64,000 nucleotides of DNA from an uncultured Oscillibacter sp. (GCA_910583695.1 CAJTZL010000003.1:12937-76936); one strand, 5' to 3'; shown: positions 51,616 to 61,991, counted from the first letter of the stretch. Numbers and translations: made by a program. The notes: a model not told the origin generated them from the letters alone.

Positions 51616-52236
51616 TTAAGTGTGAATAGAATACTGGGCCTTCGCCATATTTTCCTGCCCGTGGAGGATCAGACCGCCGCACATTCCCGGCTGACCGTCT
51701 CGAAACTCCCGGAAGAAAAAGCTGTATGGCACAAAATCGTTGTAGAACCGGATTTCGTCCGTTCCCTGCCAGCGGAAATTGCTTCGCAGGAATTTCACCA
51801 ACTTGCGGCGAACAAGCTGGTTTCCTAGGACCGAGTGAAGATTTTCTTCTCCACAAAACACAAATTTCGGCGCGGCCCTGGATTCCATGGAGAGAGCCGA
51901 CCATTTTGACGGCCCATTCTCCCCTGCGCTGTCCCTAACAAAACAGCGCAGACTTTCAAAGGGCAGCTTTACGGTTTCTTTCCAGCCTGTCACTCTGCCG
52001 TCATCATGGCTGGACAGCCAAACGAACCGAATGAAAACCACGCCCTCGGACAGAATCCTCCGCATCAAAGCAAAGGACCCACCGTCATGCGCAGCCGCTG
52101 CCCCCCGGGTCTCCAAGTTCTCAAAGTCCTCCCGGAGGATGCTGAAATTGCGGTGATACTTTTCGGCGGGGTTAATTACACGGAAGTTAATTCCACATTT
52201 TGTTGCGGACGCTTTGACAAGAGCTCTACTCTTCAT
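51616..52236 (-). CDS. hypothetical protein with DUF4120-like C-terminus
   Basis: EIRFYNDFVPYSFFF..GGLILHG..YSIHT; ATGA overlap with the upstream paralog. Confidence 0.65.
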   Translation of the reverse strand: MKSRALVKASATKCGINFRVINPAEKYHRNFSILREDFENLETRGAAAAHDGGSFALMRRILSEGVVFIRFVWLSSHDDGRVTGWKETVKLPFESLRCFVRDSAGENGPSKWSALSMESRAAPKFVFCGEENLHSVLGNQLVRRKLVKFLRSNFRWQGTDEIRFYNDFVPYSFFFREFRDGQPGMCGGLILHGQENMAKAQYSIHT

Positions 52237-52952
52237 AATAAATCCCACCTTTCATGCAGATACGGATCGAATTTCATCCGGTATTCCGGACGCGCCGGAT
52301 TCGGTTCCTTATGGCTTCGCACATGATAATACGCCTTATCCAAATCATCCTGGTAAAAGAGCGTAAGCGAGCCTACTGTCCGCACAGGGGTGTCACAAAT
52401 CTCCTGATAAGTAAAACTGTACGGTATTGCTCTGTCACGAAAATGGATTTCCTGAACCTCCGGGTCAGAAAACCGCCCTCCCAGCAAACAGCGAAGCAGT
52501 TTCCGTCGGATGGCTTTGTTTGCCAAACACCGCCGGAGATTCCTTTTGTCCAAAAATACCAGACGCGGGGAGGAATGGTTTTCCAGCGATAAGCGTTTCC
52601 ATTCTGTAGGCACGCCGCCTCGCTTGCTTTCTCCAACAAACGCTTCCAAATCGTCGTAGGGAAGCTGTACACATTCTGCCCGGACAAAACTGGACACATC
52701 AAGACTATTCAGCCAGCGAAAGCAGATGAGAAGCTGTCTTGACGAGGTGAGCCTGATGAAGACAGCCTGGTGCGGAATAGGATGCTCCGCGTTCGAAATA
52801 CTCTTAACCGAAAGCTGTCCCTTGCGATCCATCTCTTCAAACTCACGTACTGGCAGAAGGAACCGTGGAGAAACACCGTTCTCCACGCTGATTGTTTGAA
52901 AGGTCAATACAGAATGTTCGATTGCACGGACCTTTATCATTGTTCTGCTCAT
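52233..52952 (-). CDS. diverged paralog of 51616-52236
   Basis: Aligns by eye: PRLVF/PKFVF, IRRKL/VRRKL, IPYSF/VPYSF, KAYY/KAQY; RBS GAGGTG. Confidence 0.7.
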   Translation of the reverse strand: MSRTMIKVRAIEHSVLTFQTISVENGVSPRFLLPVREFEEMDRKGQLSVKSISNAEHPIPHQAVFIRLTSSRQLLICFRWLNSLDVSSFVRAECVQLPYDDLEAFVGESKRGGVPTEWKRLSLENHSSPRLVFLDKRNLRRCLANKAIRRKLLRCLLGGRFSDPEVQEIHFRDRAIPYSFTYQEICDTPVRTVGSLTLFYQDDLDKAYYHVRSHKEPNPARPEYRMKFDPYLHERWDLL

Positions 52953-52965
52953 AATCACCTCACAT

Positions 52966-54036
52966 TTACATCTGTGCCGCTCTCCGGCTGAGAAGGTAAT
53001 CGTCCACCCCCTTATAAGCCGGATTCCATGTGTATTTTGAATATTTGATGCCGGGGATGCTCTGTACCTCCCGGCGCATTTCGAGAACAGCCTTCCGCAC
53101 ATTCTCATTGGTCATCTGGTCCATGTCCATGGCCTCCACCACTTCCCGAACGCCCAGGTCTGTCAGGGTATCTTTCAGGCCGTGGATGGCGTTGACGCCG
53201 CCGATACAGACGAACAGCGCGTCATTAGCCAGGAAGCTGGCGGTGTCGCCTTTTAGTGGGCCTTCTGTGATAAAAGCCCGCTTGCTGGAGGTGTTGCCTG
53301 TGACATGAATCCAGGAGTAGCTGCGGGTGCCCTCCTGCAAACCCCGGCTGGAGAGCCAGCGGTATTTGCGGCTTGGTGAATCCGCGTCGTCTAACCGTAT
53401 TTTGAGGCCTTGGATCAGCCCGTCCCGATTGCGGACGGGGATCAGAAAGCCCTTAGGACCGCTGAGGGTCCATTCTCCGTAGTATGTACGAAAGCCAGGC
53501 AGGCCCAGCAACTCATGGCCGCAGGCCCGAAGAAGTGCGGCGAGAAGCCGGCGGCTCCGGTCTGTTTCCGGCATACTGCGGTATTGATTTTGATGGATAC
53601 GCTCCATGGACAGCCCCCGGCCCAGCAGGTTTTCCCTGTGACGGCCCAGGAGTGTCAGATGCTCCAGCATATCCGAATAGGCAGCGTGTCTCTGTTCAAG
53701 AGGTACTGGCTGCCTCTCTGTTTTTTGTGGCTCTGGTCGCTTTGGAAATGGGTATGTTTTCACCTCTCTTGACAGTTCCCGGAATGCCGCTTTATTGCTC
53801 ATGCCCTTGATTTGGGCATACAGTGAAACACTGTTGCCATGGGCGCCGCAGAGGTTACAGCGGTATTGATCTGTGTTGGTGTTGAGGCTCAGGTGATATT
53901 TCCCCGGTCCGTGATCGCCGCAGAAGGGGCAGCTGGCCTCGACCTCCAGACGGTTAAGCGTCCGGGAGTCGAGGACCAGCCCGCACCGCCGGGCCGTTTC
54001 CACGATAGGGATTTTCTCATAGACCAAGCGGCACAC
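52966..54036 (-). CDS. primase-like protein (zinc finger plus Toprim)
   Basis: CPFC..H..CNLC, ITEGPLKGD, DMD, KGVDDYL. Confidence 0.85.
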   Translation of the reverse strand: MCRLVYEKIPIVETARRCGLVLDSRTLNRLEVEASCPFCGDHGPGKYHLSLNTNTDQYRCNLCGAHGNSVSLYAQIKGMSNKAAFRELSREVKTYPFPKRPEPQKTERQPVPLEQRHAAYSDMLEHLTLLGRHRENLLGRGLSMERIHQNQYRSMPETDRSRRLLAALLRACGHELLGLPGFRTYYGEWTLSGPKGFLIPVRNRDGLIQGLKIRLDDADSPSRKYRWLSSRGLQEGTRSYSWIHVTGNTSSKRAFITEGPLKGDTASFLANDALFVCIGGVNAIHGLKDTLTDLGVREVVEAMDMDQMTNENVRKAVLEMRREVQSIPGIKYSKYTWNPAYKGVDDYLLSRRAAQM

Positions 54037-54056
54037 CTCCCCTTACAAGGACCAAA

Positions 54057-55886
54057 TTACGCAGCCTTTTGCTCTGCTGCCGAAGGAATGTTCATGGGCT
54101 GAACGGAAAGCTCCGCGCCGCGCACGCACTTCGCCATAATCACCTGCCCCGTGGGGCGGACATTGGCGAGATCGTCCACGGACTCCATGTTGTCCACGAA
54201 TACCGGGTAATTCCGCCCGGTAAGCTGTTTTATCAGCTCGGAAACCTCCATCCCAGCCCGAATCTTTTCGGACAGAGACAGCCGGTCATAGCGCCGCCCA
54301 GCATAGGTGAACTTGAATACGTCCTTGACCTCGCCGGTGGTCTTCACCACGTCATAGAGGGAAATTTCCACCCGGTTCATCTTCAAAGCGGAAAACAGCA
54401 TCTCCGCCCGCTTGGCGACATACTGCGCCGCGTTGGTGATCTGCTGTTTCAGCGCCGCGATTTTCCGCTTCGTCTCTTCCATCTGTCCATCAATATCCGC
54501 CGGCATCTGCTCGACGGCATTTTCCGCCGCCGCCAGCTCCGCAGCGCACTGGCGCAGTTCCTCCCGGCACTCTTTCAGCCTGTCAAACTCTGCCTGATTG
54601 AAATTGCCGTATTCAATGGCGGTGTTCAGTGTCTGGATTTGCTGCCGCAGGGTCTCCGCCTGCTGAGAAACAGCCTCCGCCAGAGCTTGCCGTCGGGACT
54701 CCAGCTCCGCGGCCTCCTGATTCCACTTCTCCAGGTCATCCGCTTTGAACCGTTCGAACGTCTCCCGGGACTGTTTGTCCAGCGCTTGGAGTTCCAGGAG
54801 CTGGGCCTGTTTCGCCTTGCCCTCAGCAAAGACGGCGTCGGCGGCCTGTTTGATTTCCAACTGCACGTCTGCAAGAGCCGCCGCCGGAATAGGGCGGTGA
54901 CAGGTAGGGCAAGGATTTCCGGCGGAAAGGAATTGGTAATTTCGTCCCTCCTGCTGGTAGCGCACAGCCAGATTCTTCACCTGAGCAGTGGTCTCCGCCA
55001 GGGGCTCGGCATATTTGGATTGGTACTGTTCCGCCTGTCTTTTGGCGATTTTCTCCCGAAGTTCAGAGAGCTGCTCCTGTTCCTCGCGACCGCCGCTGTC
55101 TCGAAGGACCTCCTCATAACGGGCGCTGATATCCACCAGCTGCTCCTGCATAGCAGGGATATCCAGACCGGCGAATTGTTTTTTCTCCAGGATAGTCAAT
55201 TCCTCCTGGAGCGCGGTCTGTTTTTGAGCGGCGGCTTCCGCCATTTGCATCTGATGCCTGCCTTGAGCCTCCGCCTGATCCCGCTGGCCCTGCATGTAGA
55301 GGATGCTCTCCTCCAAATTCCGAACATCCGCCCGCTTATTCTTCAGGTAGGTTGCCGGAGAAAGAAGCAGCTCGTCCTTCAGCGCAAAGGCCAGGTCCGG
55401 GGGCAGCTGCTCCAAAACCTTTTCTATCGGCAGATCCGGGAGGTACATCTCCAAAAGGTTTTTCCCCTGATCTCCCAGCTCCTCAATGAAGTAGAGGGGG
55501 TTGAAGATGGAGAGAAACACATCCGGCTCCCCGAAGAGGTCCTTCAGGTCCAGCTGGCGGACCGCACCGCCGTCATAGGTGATGAACATCTTGCCCTTCT
55601 GGCGGGTACGGACCAGCTCGTGGGTCCTGCCGGTATCGTCCACAAAGCGCATGGCGATGCGCACGTCCGGGTTGACCTCGTTGTGCAGCCGGTCAATGCC
55701 CCGCTCCCCGAAAAAGGGAAGCCCGGTAACGGCAAAGGCAATGGCATCCGCAATGCTGGTTTTACCCCGGCCATTGCCGCCGGTGATGGCGGTGGGATTG
55801 CCGAAAACCAGCTCTGTCGGCTCCTGATAGGACTTGAAGCCGGAAATAGTCATGCCGGTGATTTGAAAAGACTTGATCTTTTCCAC
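54057..55886 (-). CDS. Rad50/SMC-like coiled-coil ATPase
   Basis: GFKS, Walker A GGNGRGKT, coiled coils with CPTC zinc hook, LSLSE, VFVDNMES. Confidence 0.88.
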   Translation of the reverse strand: MEKIKSFQITGMTISGFKSYQEPTELVFGNPTAITGGNGRGKTSIADAIAFAVTGLPFFGERGIDRLHNEVNPDVRIAMRFVDDTGRTHELVRTRQKGKMFITYDGGAVRQLDLKDLFGEPDVFLSIFNPLYFIEELGDQGKNLLEMYLPDLPIEKVLEQLPPDLAFALKDELLLSPATYLKNKRADVRNLEESILYMQGQRDQAEAQGRHQMQMAEAAAQKQTALQEELTILEKKQFAGLDIPAMQEQLVDISARYEEVLRDSGGREEQEQLSELREKIAKRQAEQYQSKYAEPLAETTAQVKNLAVRYQQEGRNYQFLSAGNPCPTCHRPIPAAALADVQLEIKQAADAVFAEGKAKQAQLLELQALDKQSRETFERFKADDLEKWNQEAAELESRRQALAEAVSQQAETLRQQIQTLNTAIEYGNFNQAEFDRLKECREELRQCAAELAAAENAVEQMPADIDGQMEETKRKIAALKQQITNAAQYVAKRAEMLFSALKMNRVEISLYDVVKTTGEVKDVFKFTYAGRRYDRLSLSEKIRAGMEVSELIKQLTGRNYPVFVDNMESVDDLANVRPTGQVIMAKCVRGAELSVQPMNIPSAAEQKAA

Positions 55887-55902
55887 AAAAAGCTCCTTTC
55901 TG

Positions 55903-56820
55903 TTACGCCGCTTGCTGATCCTGCGGGACGATTTGATAGGACTCCAGAATGAAATACACCACCGTATCCTGCTGCTTGGTGGACAATTTGGTATTGGTCA
56001 GCATGGCGCCGGGGACCAGCGTGAGATGCTCTCCCTGGGCAAAGGCGTTAATCTCCTTGCCGTCGGCGCTTTTCAGTCTCACAAACGTATTTTTGGATTT
56101 CATGCCCTTCTGAACCTGAGCCGTGGAAACGATAAACTCATATTCCGGCTCAGGCGCTTGTTCCTCCTGCTTTTCCGGGACCTGGCAGCCCTTCTGCGCA
56201 GCACCGCCGTCTTTGGGCGGAATTGCCGGAGTACCAGCCTTTTGGGGCGGATTCTCCGGGCTTTCAACCGGCTCCGTACCGCTGCCCTCCAGCGTGGACT
56301 GGATGCCGCCGGCGGGAGCGGGCTTCAGGTTCAGTGCGTTCAGCATGGACAGATACGCCTTATCCAATGTAACCCGTTCAGACTTTTGGATGTACCAGCT
56401 TTTGCCCTTCTGCTCAATATTCACCCATACAGGCTCCATATTGTACAGAATCCGGCCAATGCCCCACTGAACGGCAGCCCGCTTCATGCTGTCGCTAAGG
56501 CCGCCCTTGATGGGTTCAATGTCCGAGTCCTCCGCACCGTCCCATTTGGTGATAAAGCCTTTGCCCTCGAAGTAAATCGAGATGCCGCAAATTTGAGCTT
56601 CCTTCTTCCCGGCGGTGTGCCAGGGCTTGAAATCGTTGTACCAGCAGTCCGGCCCCACCACATCGTCCAGGCGGTTTTGAATGGCCCGGTTGGTGACAAA
56701 GGGAACGGCGATGCCGCGCTTTTGCGCCTCGATTGCCTTTTGCAGCCGCCATTCCAGGTCCTCTGGAGCGAAAGGCCGCGCCAGCTCCGCCTGAATGGCG
56801 CGCGCGTCTTTTTGCGCCAT
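55903..56820 (-). CDS. Rad52/Rad22 family single-strand annealing protein
   Basis: PF...LEWR, RAIQNRLDDVVG..W, KGGLSDSMKRAAVQWGIGRILY. Confidence 0.9.
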   Translation of the reverse strand: MAQKDARAIQAELARPFAPEDLEWRLQKAIEAQKRGIAVPFVTNRAIQNRLDDVVGPDCWYNDFKPWHTAGKKEAQICGISIYFEGKGFITKWDGAEDSDIEPIKGGLSDSMKRAAVQWGIGRILYNMEPVWVNIEQKGKSWYIQKSERVTLDKAYLSMLNALNLKPAPAGGIQSTLEGSGTEPVESPENPPQKAGTPAIPPKDGGAAQKGCQVPEKQEEQAPEPEYEFIVSTAQVQKGMKSKNTFVRLKSADGKEINAFAQGEHLTLVPGAMLTNTKLSTKQQDTVVYFILESYQIVPQDQQAA

Positions 56821-56823
56821 AAG

Positions 56824-57501
56824 CTACCTCCTTGCGATATCCATAAAGTTCTTCAATGTCTGCCGCTTCTCTTTCAGCACCTGGGAATAATACACGGACG
56901 GTTCTTTTCCCTTCAGCTGTTCCAGCAGGTCCCGGTACTCCAGATTCAACTGGTTATTAGAGCTGGAATACAGGTCGTTGTTGTTTGGAAAGCGGAGGAT
57001 GTAGGCCGCCAGGGTATGCAGCCGGGCCGGGTCCTTATAGGCCGGCAGGGCGTTGTTGCCCAGGCAGATGCTGCTGTCACCATGCACGTTGGAAAACGGA
57101 TAGATAAACAGCGGCGTATCCGGCGTCAATCGCTCATCCTTCACAACGCACAGATAGCTCTTTACGACCTTCTTTTCACGGGGTAAGTACTGGAAGCCAA
57201 ACACCAGCCGGGGAAGGGGAAAGTGGAGATACTCCGTGTCATAGTACGAAATGTCGGCATATAGCTCCGGATAACGGAGGAAGTACCAGGTGTGCTTCGA
57301 GGTCATGGTGACCGCGATGCAGCCCTCCGGCAGAAGGCCGGTGGGATGGCATTCGTTATCGTAGCGGCTGGACAGCAGGCATTGCGCCAGGCTGTCCGGC
57401 GTGATGGATTTCCGGGCGATCACGCCGTTTTCCTCCCGCTCCACAATGACCTCCGCCCGGTTGGGGGAGATGCGCAAAACAGTATCGCTGGCAGCGTTCA
57501 A
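56824..57501 (-). CDS. prokaryotic E2 family D (PRTRC protein B-like)
   Basis: TGLLP, PLPRLVF, TPLFIYPFSNVHGDSSICLG with conserved Cys; TTG start after AAGGAGG. Confidence 0.75.
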   Translation of the reverse strand: MNAASDTVLRISPNRAEVIVEREENGVIARKSITPDSLAQCLLSSRYDNECHPTGLLPEGCIAVTMTSKHTWYFLRYPELYADISYYDTEYLHFPLPRLVFGFQYLPREKKVVKSYLCVVKDERLTPDTPLFIYPFSNVHGDSSICLGNNALPAYKDPARLHTLAAYILRFPNNNDLYSSSNNQLNLEYRDLLEQLKGKEPSVYYSQVLKEKRQTLKNFMDIARR

Positions 57502-58062
57502 TCAGGCCGCCTCCTTTCCCACATATTCCGGCAGCGCCGTCAAAGGTTTCTCCGTGACAATCGCCGCTTTCAACTCCTTGCAGCAGCGCTCAAAGGTAAA
57601 CTTCACTTCCGCCAGCGCGCCGGGCAGTTCCTGGTGCCCGCAAAACTCCTCGCCTGACAAAAAGATCAGCCGGGGGCGCCCCCGAGTGCCGTCATAGAGC
57701 AGCACATCATAATTGTAGGCGTCCATGCAAAAGCATTGGTACACCGCACCTTCTCCGTTTTGGCGAAACGGATTCCGGTCCTTTGAAATACCGTTTTTCG
57801 CTTCGTAAAAGGCGCAGAGCTGGTAGAATCCGGTGATGACAGGATCAAAAAACACCAGGGTTTCCACTCCGTTTTCATCGCTGTAATACTGACTGAAGTC
57901 CGCAAAGACATTTGCGGTTCCCTCCCAGGCAAGGCTGTAACAGTCTTCACAGATTTCCCAGCTGCCGCAGTTCTCCAGCACCTGATCCAGCAGGCCGTAG
58001 TCATACAGGTCCTTGGCAAGAGAGAGGAAATCGAAGGTGCAGGGATCAATGTCAAAGGCCAT
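57502..58062 (-). CDS. acidic hypothetical protein abutting the E2 gene
   Basis: RBS GAGGTG; stop directly adjacent to the E2 start. Confidence 0.75.
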   Translation of the reverse strand: MAFDIDPCTFDFLSLAKDLYDYGLLDQVLENCGSWEICEDCYSLAWEGTANVFADFSQYYSDENGVETLVFFDPVITGFYQLCAFYEAKNGISKDRNPFRQNGEGAVYQCFCMDAYNYDVLLYDGTRGRPRLIFLSGEEFCGHQELPGALAEVKFTFERCCKELKAAIVTEKPLTALPEYVGKEAA

Positions 58063-58070
58063 GGCGCACC

Positions 58071-58364
58071 TCAGCAGAACCGCCGGACCTTGCAGGCCTC
58101 GGGTTCTATGGCGGCGATGGCGCCCACCAGCTCCATCAGCTTTCGGCCCTGCATTTCCAGGGACTCATAATAATCGGCGAGGGTGTGGACATCATCCCTG
58201 TCAAATTGGGTGAAATCAATGTTTTTCACCAAAACAGTTTCACCCCAGATCAGGGGCATGAGCACATGATGCAGCAGATACGAATTGCAGTCCTTGCTGG
58301 AAACGCTCTCCTCCACATTAGCCTCATCAAGCAGGGTACAGAAAATTTTCAGCTCCACTTTCAT
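58071..58364 (-). CDS. hypothetical protein
   Basis: RBS GAGGA; fits operon packing. Confidence 0.7.
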   Translation of the reverse strand: MKVELKIFCTLLDEANVEESVSSKDCNSYLLHHVLMPLIWGETVLVKNIDFTQFDRDDVHTLADYYESLEMQGRKLMELVGAIAAIEPEACKVRRFC

Positions 58365-58366
58365 AT

Positions 58367-58909
58367 TCAGTCCTCCTCTTCCAGTGTGACCATGCACAGG
58401 GCGTAGTCCGCCGGACAGCTCTCGATCAGCTTCTCCAGTCCCGGTTCCACTGTGGAGCGTTTCCGCTCCGCGTAGTAGACGCCGCAGTCCGGCAGAATGA
58501 CGCCGCTTGCCATTGCGGTGTGCCAGAGGATATGGCCCTCCAGGCGCTTGTTTGTTCCGTCCAGCGTCACGGGGCAGATGAGGATATCGCCAGCCGCCTG
58601 GAGCTTCTCAAAACCTGTTTCCATGAGCGTACTGCCCACATGGAAGTCAATGGATGACCCACGAAACTCTCTGGCCCGAAGATACAGGCGAAGGAAGAGG
58701 CAGGGATCGTCCCGGCCCAACACAACGCTGAAAGAAGCCGGAATATCCACGCCCCAGGGCTGTGCCGCCGGATGAAACCGGTCATAGACCTTTCCAAGCC
58801 CCGGAAGCAGCAGGCGGCTGGTTTCCGCCCAGACTGCCCCGCAGGCTTGGACCGTATTTTGCGGCAGTCCTTTCGCGGAAAAGACGACCGCCAGGTGATT
58901 TGCTTTCAT
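58367..58909 (-). CDS. hypothetical protein
   Basis: RBS AAGGGAG; fits operon packing. Confidence 0.7.
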   Translation of the reverse strand: MKANHLAVVFSAKGLPQNTVQACGAVWAETSRLLLPGLGKVYDRFHPAAQPWGVDIPASFSVVLGRDDPCLFLRLYLRAREFRGSSIDFHVGSTLMETGFEKLQAAGDILICPVTLDGTNKRLEGHILWHTAMASGVILPDCGVYYAERKRSTVEPGLEKLIESCPADYALCMVTLEEED

Positions 58910-58922
58910 AAAGGCTCCCTTC

Positions 58923-59210
58923 TCAATATTCCGAGGGTAGCAGGATCGTGGTATACGACCTGTCCCATTCAGTAATGATCCAGAATTTCACGCCGTTTTT
59001 GCTCTTGTAGGATGACAGCAGGCGCTCCCCATTTTTGAGCGCCCAGTCGTTCTGTTTCCAATCCGCCTCGCAGACGTCACCCCAATCGCTGCCCATATGC
59101 CGCCGAAACGCGGCCAGCAACTCTGGCTTCGGTATTGCGCCCAACACGCCGGGAGTCGCCACCAGGCGCCCCGTTTGAATGGAGGATTTCCTGTTTCTTT
59201 TATCCGTCAT
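58923..59210 (-). CDS. conserved plasmid/ICE small protein
   Basis: G.LVATPG..RH..DWGD..N..A....R..S.Y..WIITEWDRS.TT.LLPSEY pattern common in mobile elements. Confidence 0.8.
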   Translation of the reverse strand: MTDKRNRKSSIQTGRLVATPGVLGAIPKPELLAAFRRHMGSDWGDVCEADWKQNDWALKNGERLLSSYKSKNGVKFWIITEWDRSYTTILLPSEY

Positions 59211-59221
59211 AATCATTCTCC

Positions 59222-60634
59222 TCATGCCAGTGCCTTGAAGCCATGGGGCGTCAGGATGTTGAAAATCATCTTATTGGAGATGGTCTCCCGAATCTCCGCA
59301 CCCGTGTAGTCTCCTTTGTGGTTGAATTGGTCCTCCGTTTCCGTGCGGACCACCTTCACGATCCGGCCCTTTATGATGTGGGGATGATCGCACTCGATCA
59401 GCCCGTTAATCATCCCGGAGCCGCCCACCAGCCCGATCTGACCGATGGACAGCGGCAGCGGCGGGTGCTTCGTCCCATCGTCCAGCTCGCTGCGCCGGGA
59501 CATCATCTGCGTAAAACTGTCACAGCGCCGGAGCTGCTGCTCCAACTCCTTCTGGTTGAACCGTTCTCCCTGAAACACCAGGACCTCCAGCGGCTCCCCC
59601 GGCAGGGCGTACCGAGCTTCCGGCAGCTCCGTCAGTCTGGGGATGGAAGCGGGGTTTTCCGCATACCGCTCCAGCCAGAGGGTGTCCTGGGGTTCCATGT
59701 CCCGCCGCTTTCGGAGGCCGAAAACGGTCACCTGCTTGAACTTTTTGAACTCAGCGTCGGTAAAACGCCAGACGGTTAGGCCGTCGAAGTTATCCACCAG
59801 CACCCGGCAGATATCCGGCGTCAGGCGGTAGTAGGGGATGACATAGATCAACAGTCCGCCATAGGCCAAGGTCGGAATACTTTCAATCAGGAACCGTTTT
59901 TCGTGCCTGGATTTCCCGCCGCTCTCGTTGAGAACGGACAGATACGGCGGGTTCAGGAACAGCAGGTGGAACGTCTCCCGGCTGATCCGGCTGTAAAAGA
60001 AGCTACCAAAGCCCACCCGATGCAGACGGGTCTGCGCTTCCTCCGCCCGGCTTTCGTCCAGCTCCACGCCGTAGGCGTAGCAGTTGTTGCCCTGGGCAAT
60101 CTGCCGCAGGGCCTTTCCACAGCCGCAGCAGGGGTCGAAGACATTGGTGGTAACGCCCTCCGGGAACTGAATCCCGCGGAGCATCAGGGCGATGTTGTCC
60201 GGGTCCGTGGGATAGTAGCCCAGCTTGATGTTATTCATCAGCCGCCCCACAACAGCGGCGTTGGTGGTGCCTTCCACCGGGAGTGTTCCGGCAAAGGAGC
60301 GGAGCGCCTCATAGACAGGCCCGTAATTGCTGCTCATGAGGTTATAGCCAGCCAGGCCATCCCGGAGCTTTCCGGCAGCGGCGGCGGTCTGATACTCCTC
60401 CGCCTCCATCAACAGAAGCCGAACCTCTCCCAAGGTTTCCACCAGTTCTCGCCGGACGTTCAGCAGAACGTCAAAGGTATCCTTAGCGGCGGCAAGGTCC
60501 GTGTTTCGGTACTTTTCCACCCTGGCCCGCCAGATTATCATGGACTGGGACAGGTCCAGAAGGCGCTTTTGCGCCTCCCGAAGCTGCTCCACCGCGTAAC
60601 AGCGGGGTTCAGGCTGCCCGACCGTGCCGCTCAT
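59222..60634 (-). CDS. SAM-dependent amino-DNA methyltransferase (DUF6094-like)
   Basis: GYYPT, FDPCCGCG, GVELD, LNPPY; no partner nuclease seen. Confidence 0.87.
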   Translation of the reverse strand: MSGTVGQPEPRCYAVEQLREAQKRLLDLSQSMIIWRARVEKYRNTDLAAAKDTFDVLLNVRRELVETLGEVRLLLMEAEEYQTAAAAGKLRDGLAGYNLMSSNYGPVYEALRSFAGTLPVEGTTNAAVVGRLMNNIKLGYYPTDPDNIALMLRGIQFPEGVTTNVFDPCCGCGKALRQIAQGNNCYAYGVELDESRAEEAQTRLHRVGFGSFFYSRISRETFHLLFLNPPYLSVLNESGGKSRHEKRFLIESIPTLAYGGLLIYVIPYYRLTPDICRVLVDNFDGLTVWRFTDAEFKKFKQVTVFGLRKRRDMEPQDTLWLERYAENPASIPRLTELPEARYALPGEPLEVLVFQGERFNQKELEQQLRRCDSFTQMMSRRSELDDGTKHPPLPLSIGQIGLVGGSGMINGLIECDHPHIIKGRIVKVVRTETEDQFNHKGDYTGAEIRETISNKMIFNILTPHGFKALA

Positions 60635-61070
60635 GGATGCCGTCCTCCTTTCGCAGAGCACCAAACTTCTTCAGCAAATCGGGGTAGGACAGCACCCGCA
60701 GGTCCTCCACCGTCAGGAGCTGATTGCGCCCGCCGGTATAGTCCCGGATGTGCCGGGTCGTGCGGTACAGCAGCACCGTCCGTTTGTCAGAGAGAATCTG
60801 TCCCAGGCTGATGTAGATTCCGTTGTTCTCCCACATTCCGATCAACGTGCAGTCGCCGGAAACGGCGATGCCGCCGGGGTTGGACGTGATCTTGGCGTCC
60901 CGGAGCCCTAAGTCCTTGGACAGTGCCCGCAGGAACACCTTCCCCAGGTTCAAAAAGGTCTTCTTCGCCCCGTTGGGGCCGCACTCCCGCTCGCCGCCGA
61001 TATAGCTGAGGTCCTGGCTGAGCAGGTCCGCCAGACGGCGCATATTGTTTTCCTGAGATTTTACAGACAT
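60609..61070 (-). CDS. hypothetical protein
   Basis: RBS AAGGAGG; NPGGIAVSGD and DYTGGRN motifs. Confidence 0.72.
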   Translation of the reverse strand: MSVKSQENNMRRLADLLSQDLSYIGGERECGPNGAKKTFLNLGKVFLRALSKDLGLRDAKITSNPGGIAVSGDCTLIGMWENNGIYISLGQILSDKRTVLLYRTTRHIRDYTGGRNQLLTVEDLRVLSYPDLLKKFGALRKEDGIHERHGRAA

Positions 61071-61134
61071 TGCAATTCCTCCTTGTAAAAATGGGCAAGG
61101 GGCCAACCGGGTCCCTTGCCGTTTCATGAAGCGG

Positions 61135-61332
61135 TCAAGCCGCCGTTCTTCCGTTTTTCGTCTCTTCGTCCGTTTTCTGCCGGGCGACAAAACACTTTCC
61201 GCGGCAGGCCCGGAGGCGGAAGTTTCCCTCTGCATCCAGCGTACCGTGGATTCTTCGCTCCCGGAGGACCGTCCGTCCGTTTTCCGTCGTAACAGTCCGC
61301 TCCAGAACAAACCGCTCTCTCATGGTGCTCAC
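61135..61332 (-). CDS. small basic hypothetical protein
   Basis: GTGA overlap with the upstream stop; fills the operon gap. Confidence 0.5.
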   Translation of the reverse strand: MSTMRERFVLERTVTTENGRTVLRERRIHGTLDAEGNFRLRACRGKCFVARQKTDEETKNGRTAA

Positions 61333-61991
61333 GCGGCGGGGCGGTTGATCTGTTCCGCCCGAAAACCAAACGTGGGCGCGTTTTCCTCCGGCGTGCCAGG
61401 GATGATCTTCAGCGTATAGCCGGAGCTTCGCAACAGCTTGAAAATGGCGATAATTCGCTCCAGCTCTTCGTCTCTGGGTTCCTCCGGCTTTTCGGCGGGA
61501 GGCTCCTCCTGAATCTGACGGTACTCCGCGTCCAGGACCTCCCCCGCAGGACGGACCGCAGTCAAGGACAGCCAGACGGACCGCAGTGCCGAAGCCAGCA
61601 GCAGCCGGATCAGGCTCCGCTCCTTCGGCGGGAGGGCAATAACCTCCCGGGCGTCGATCTTGCCCACATCATGCAGGGCTACTGTCAGCCGGTCCGCCGC
61701 CACATAGTCGGCGCAGAGATAGCAGGACACGGCGGCGCACTCCGAGGCAAACACCTCCGCCGCCTGGACCCGTTTCGCGCCCAGCCGCAGACAGTACACC
61801 GAGGCGGCCTCGATCTCCCGGACACAAACGTCATCCGCCGAGATCGTCCCGGCAAGAATCACGCCGCTGCCGCCGATGGTCTGGGCCTTGACGCCGTGGG
61901 CCACCCTCAGGCAGCCGTCTACCACAAGGCGCTCTGTCTCCAGTATGTCTATGGCCACGGTCTGGCCCTTGGGAATGTACATCGTTTTCAT
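61329..61991 (-). CDS. hypothetical protein with beta-helix (bactofilin-like) N-terminus
   Basis: Short V/I-x-A repeats (LVVDG, VKAQTI, ISADDV, IEAASV); RBS AAGGAG. Confidence 0.65.
   Translation of the reverse strand: MKTMYIPKGQTVAIDILETERLVVDGCLRVAHGVKAQTIGGSGVILAGTISADDVCVREIEAASVYCLRLGAKRVQAAEVFASECAAVSCYLCADYVAADRLTVALHDVGKIDAREVIALPPKERSLIRLLLASALRSVWLSLTAVRPAGEVLDAEYRQIQEEPPAEKPEEPRDEELERIIAIFKLLRSSGYTLKIIPGTPEENAPTFGFRAEQINRPAA

Noticed and set aside
59222-60634. Restriction-modification system
   Set aside because: No nuclease or specificity subunit recognised nearby.
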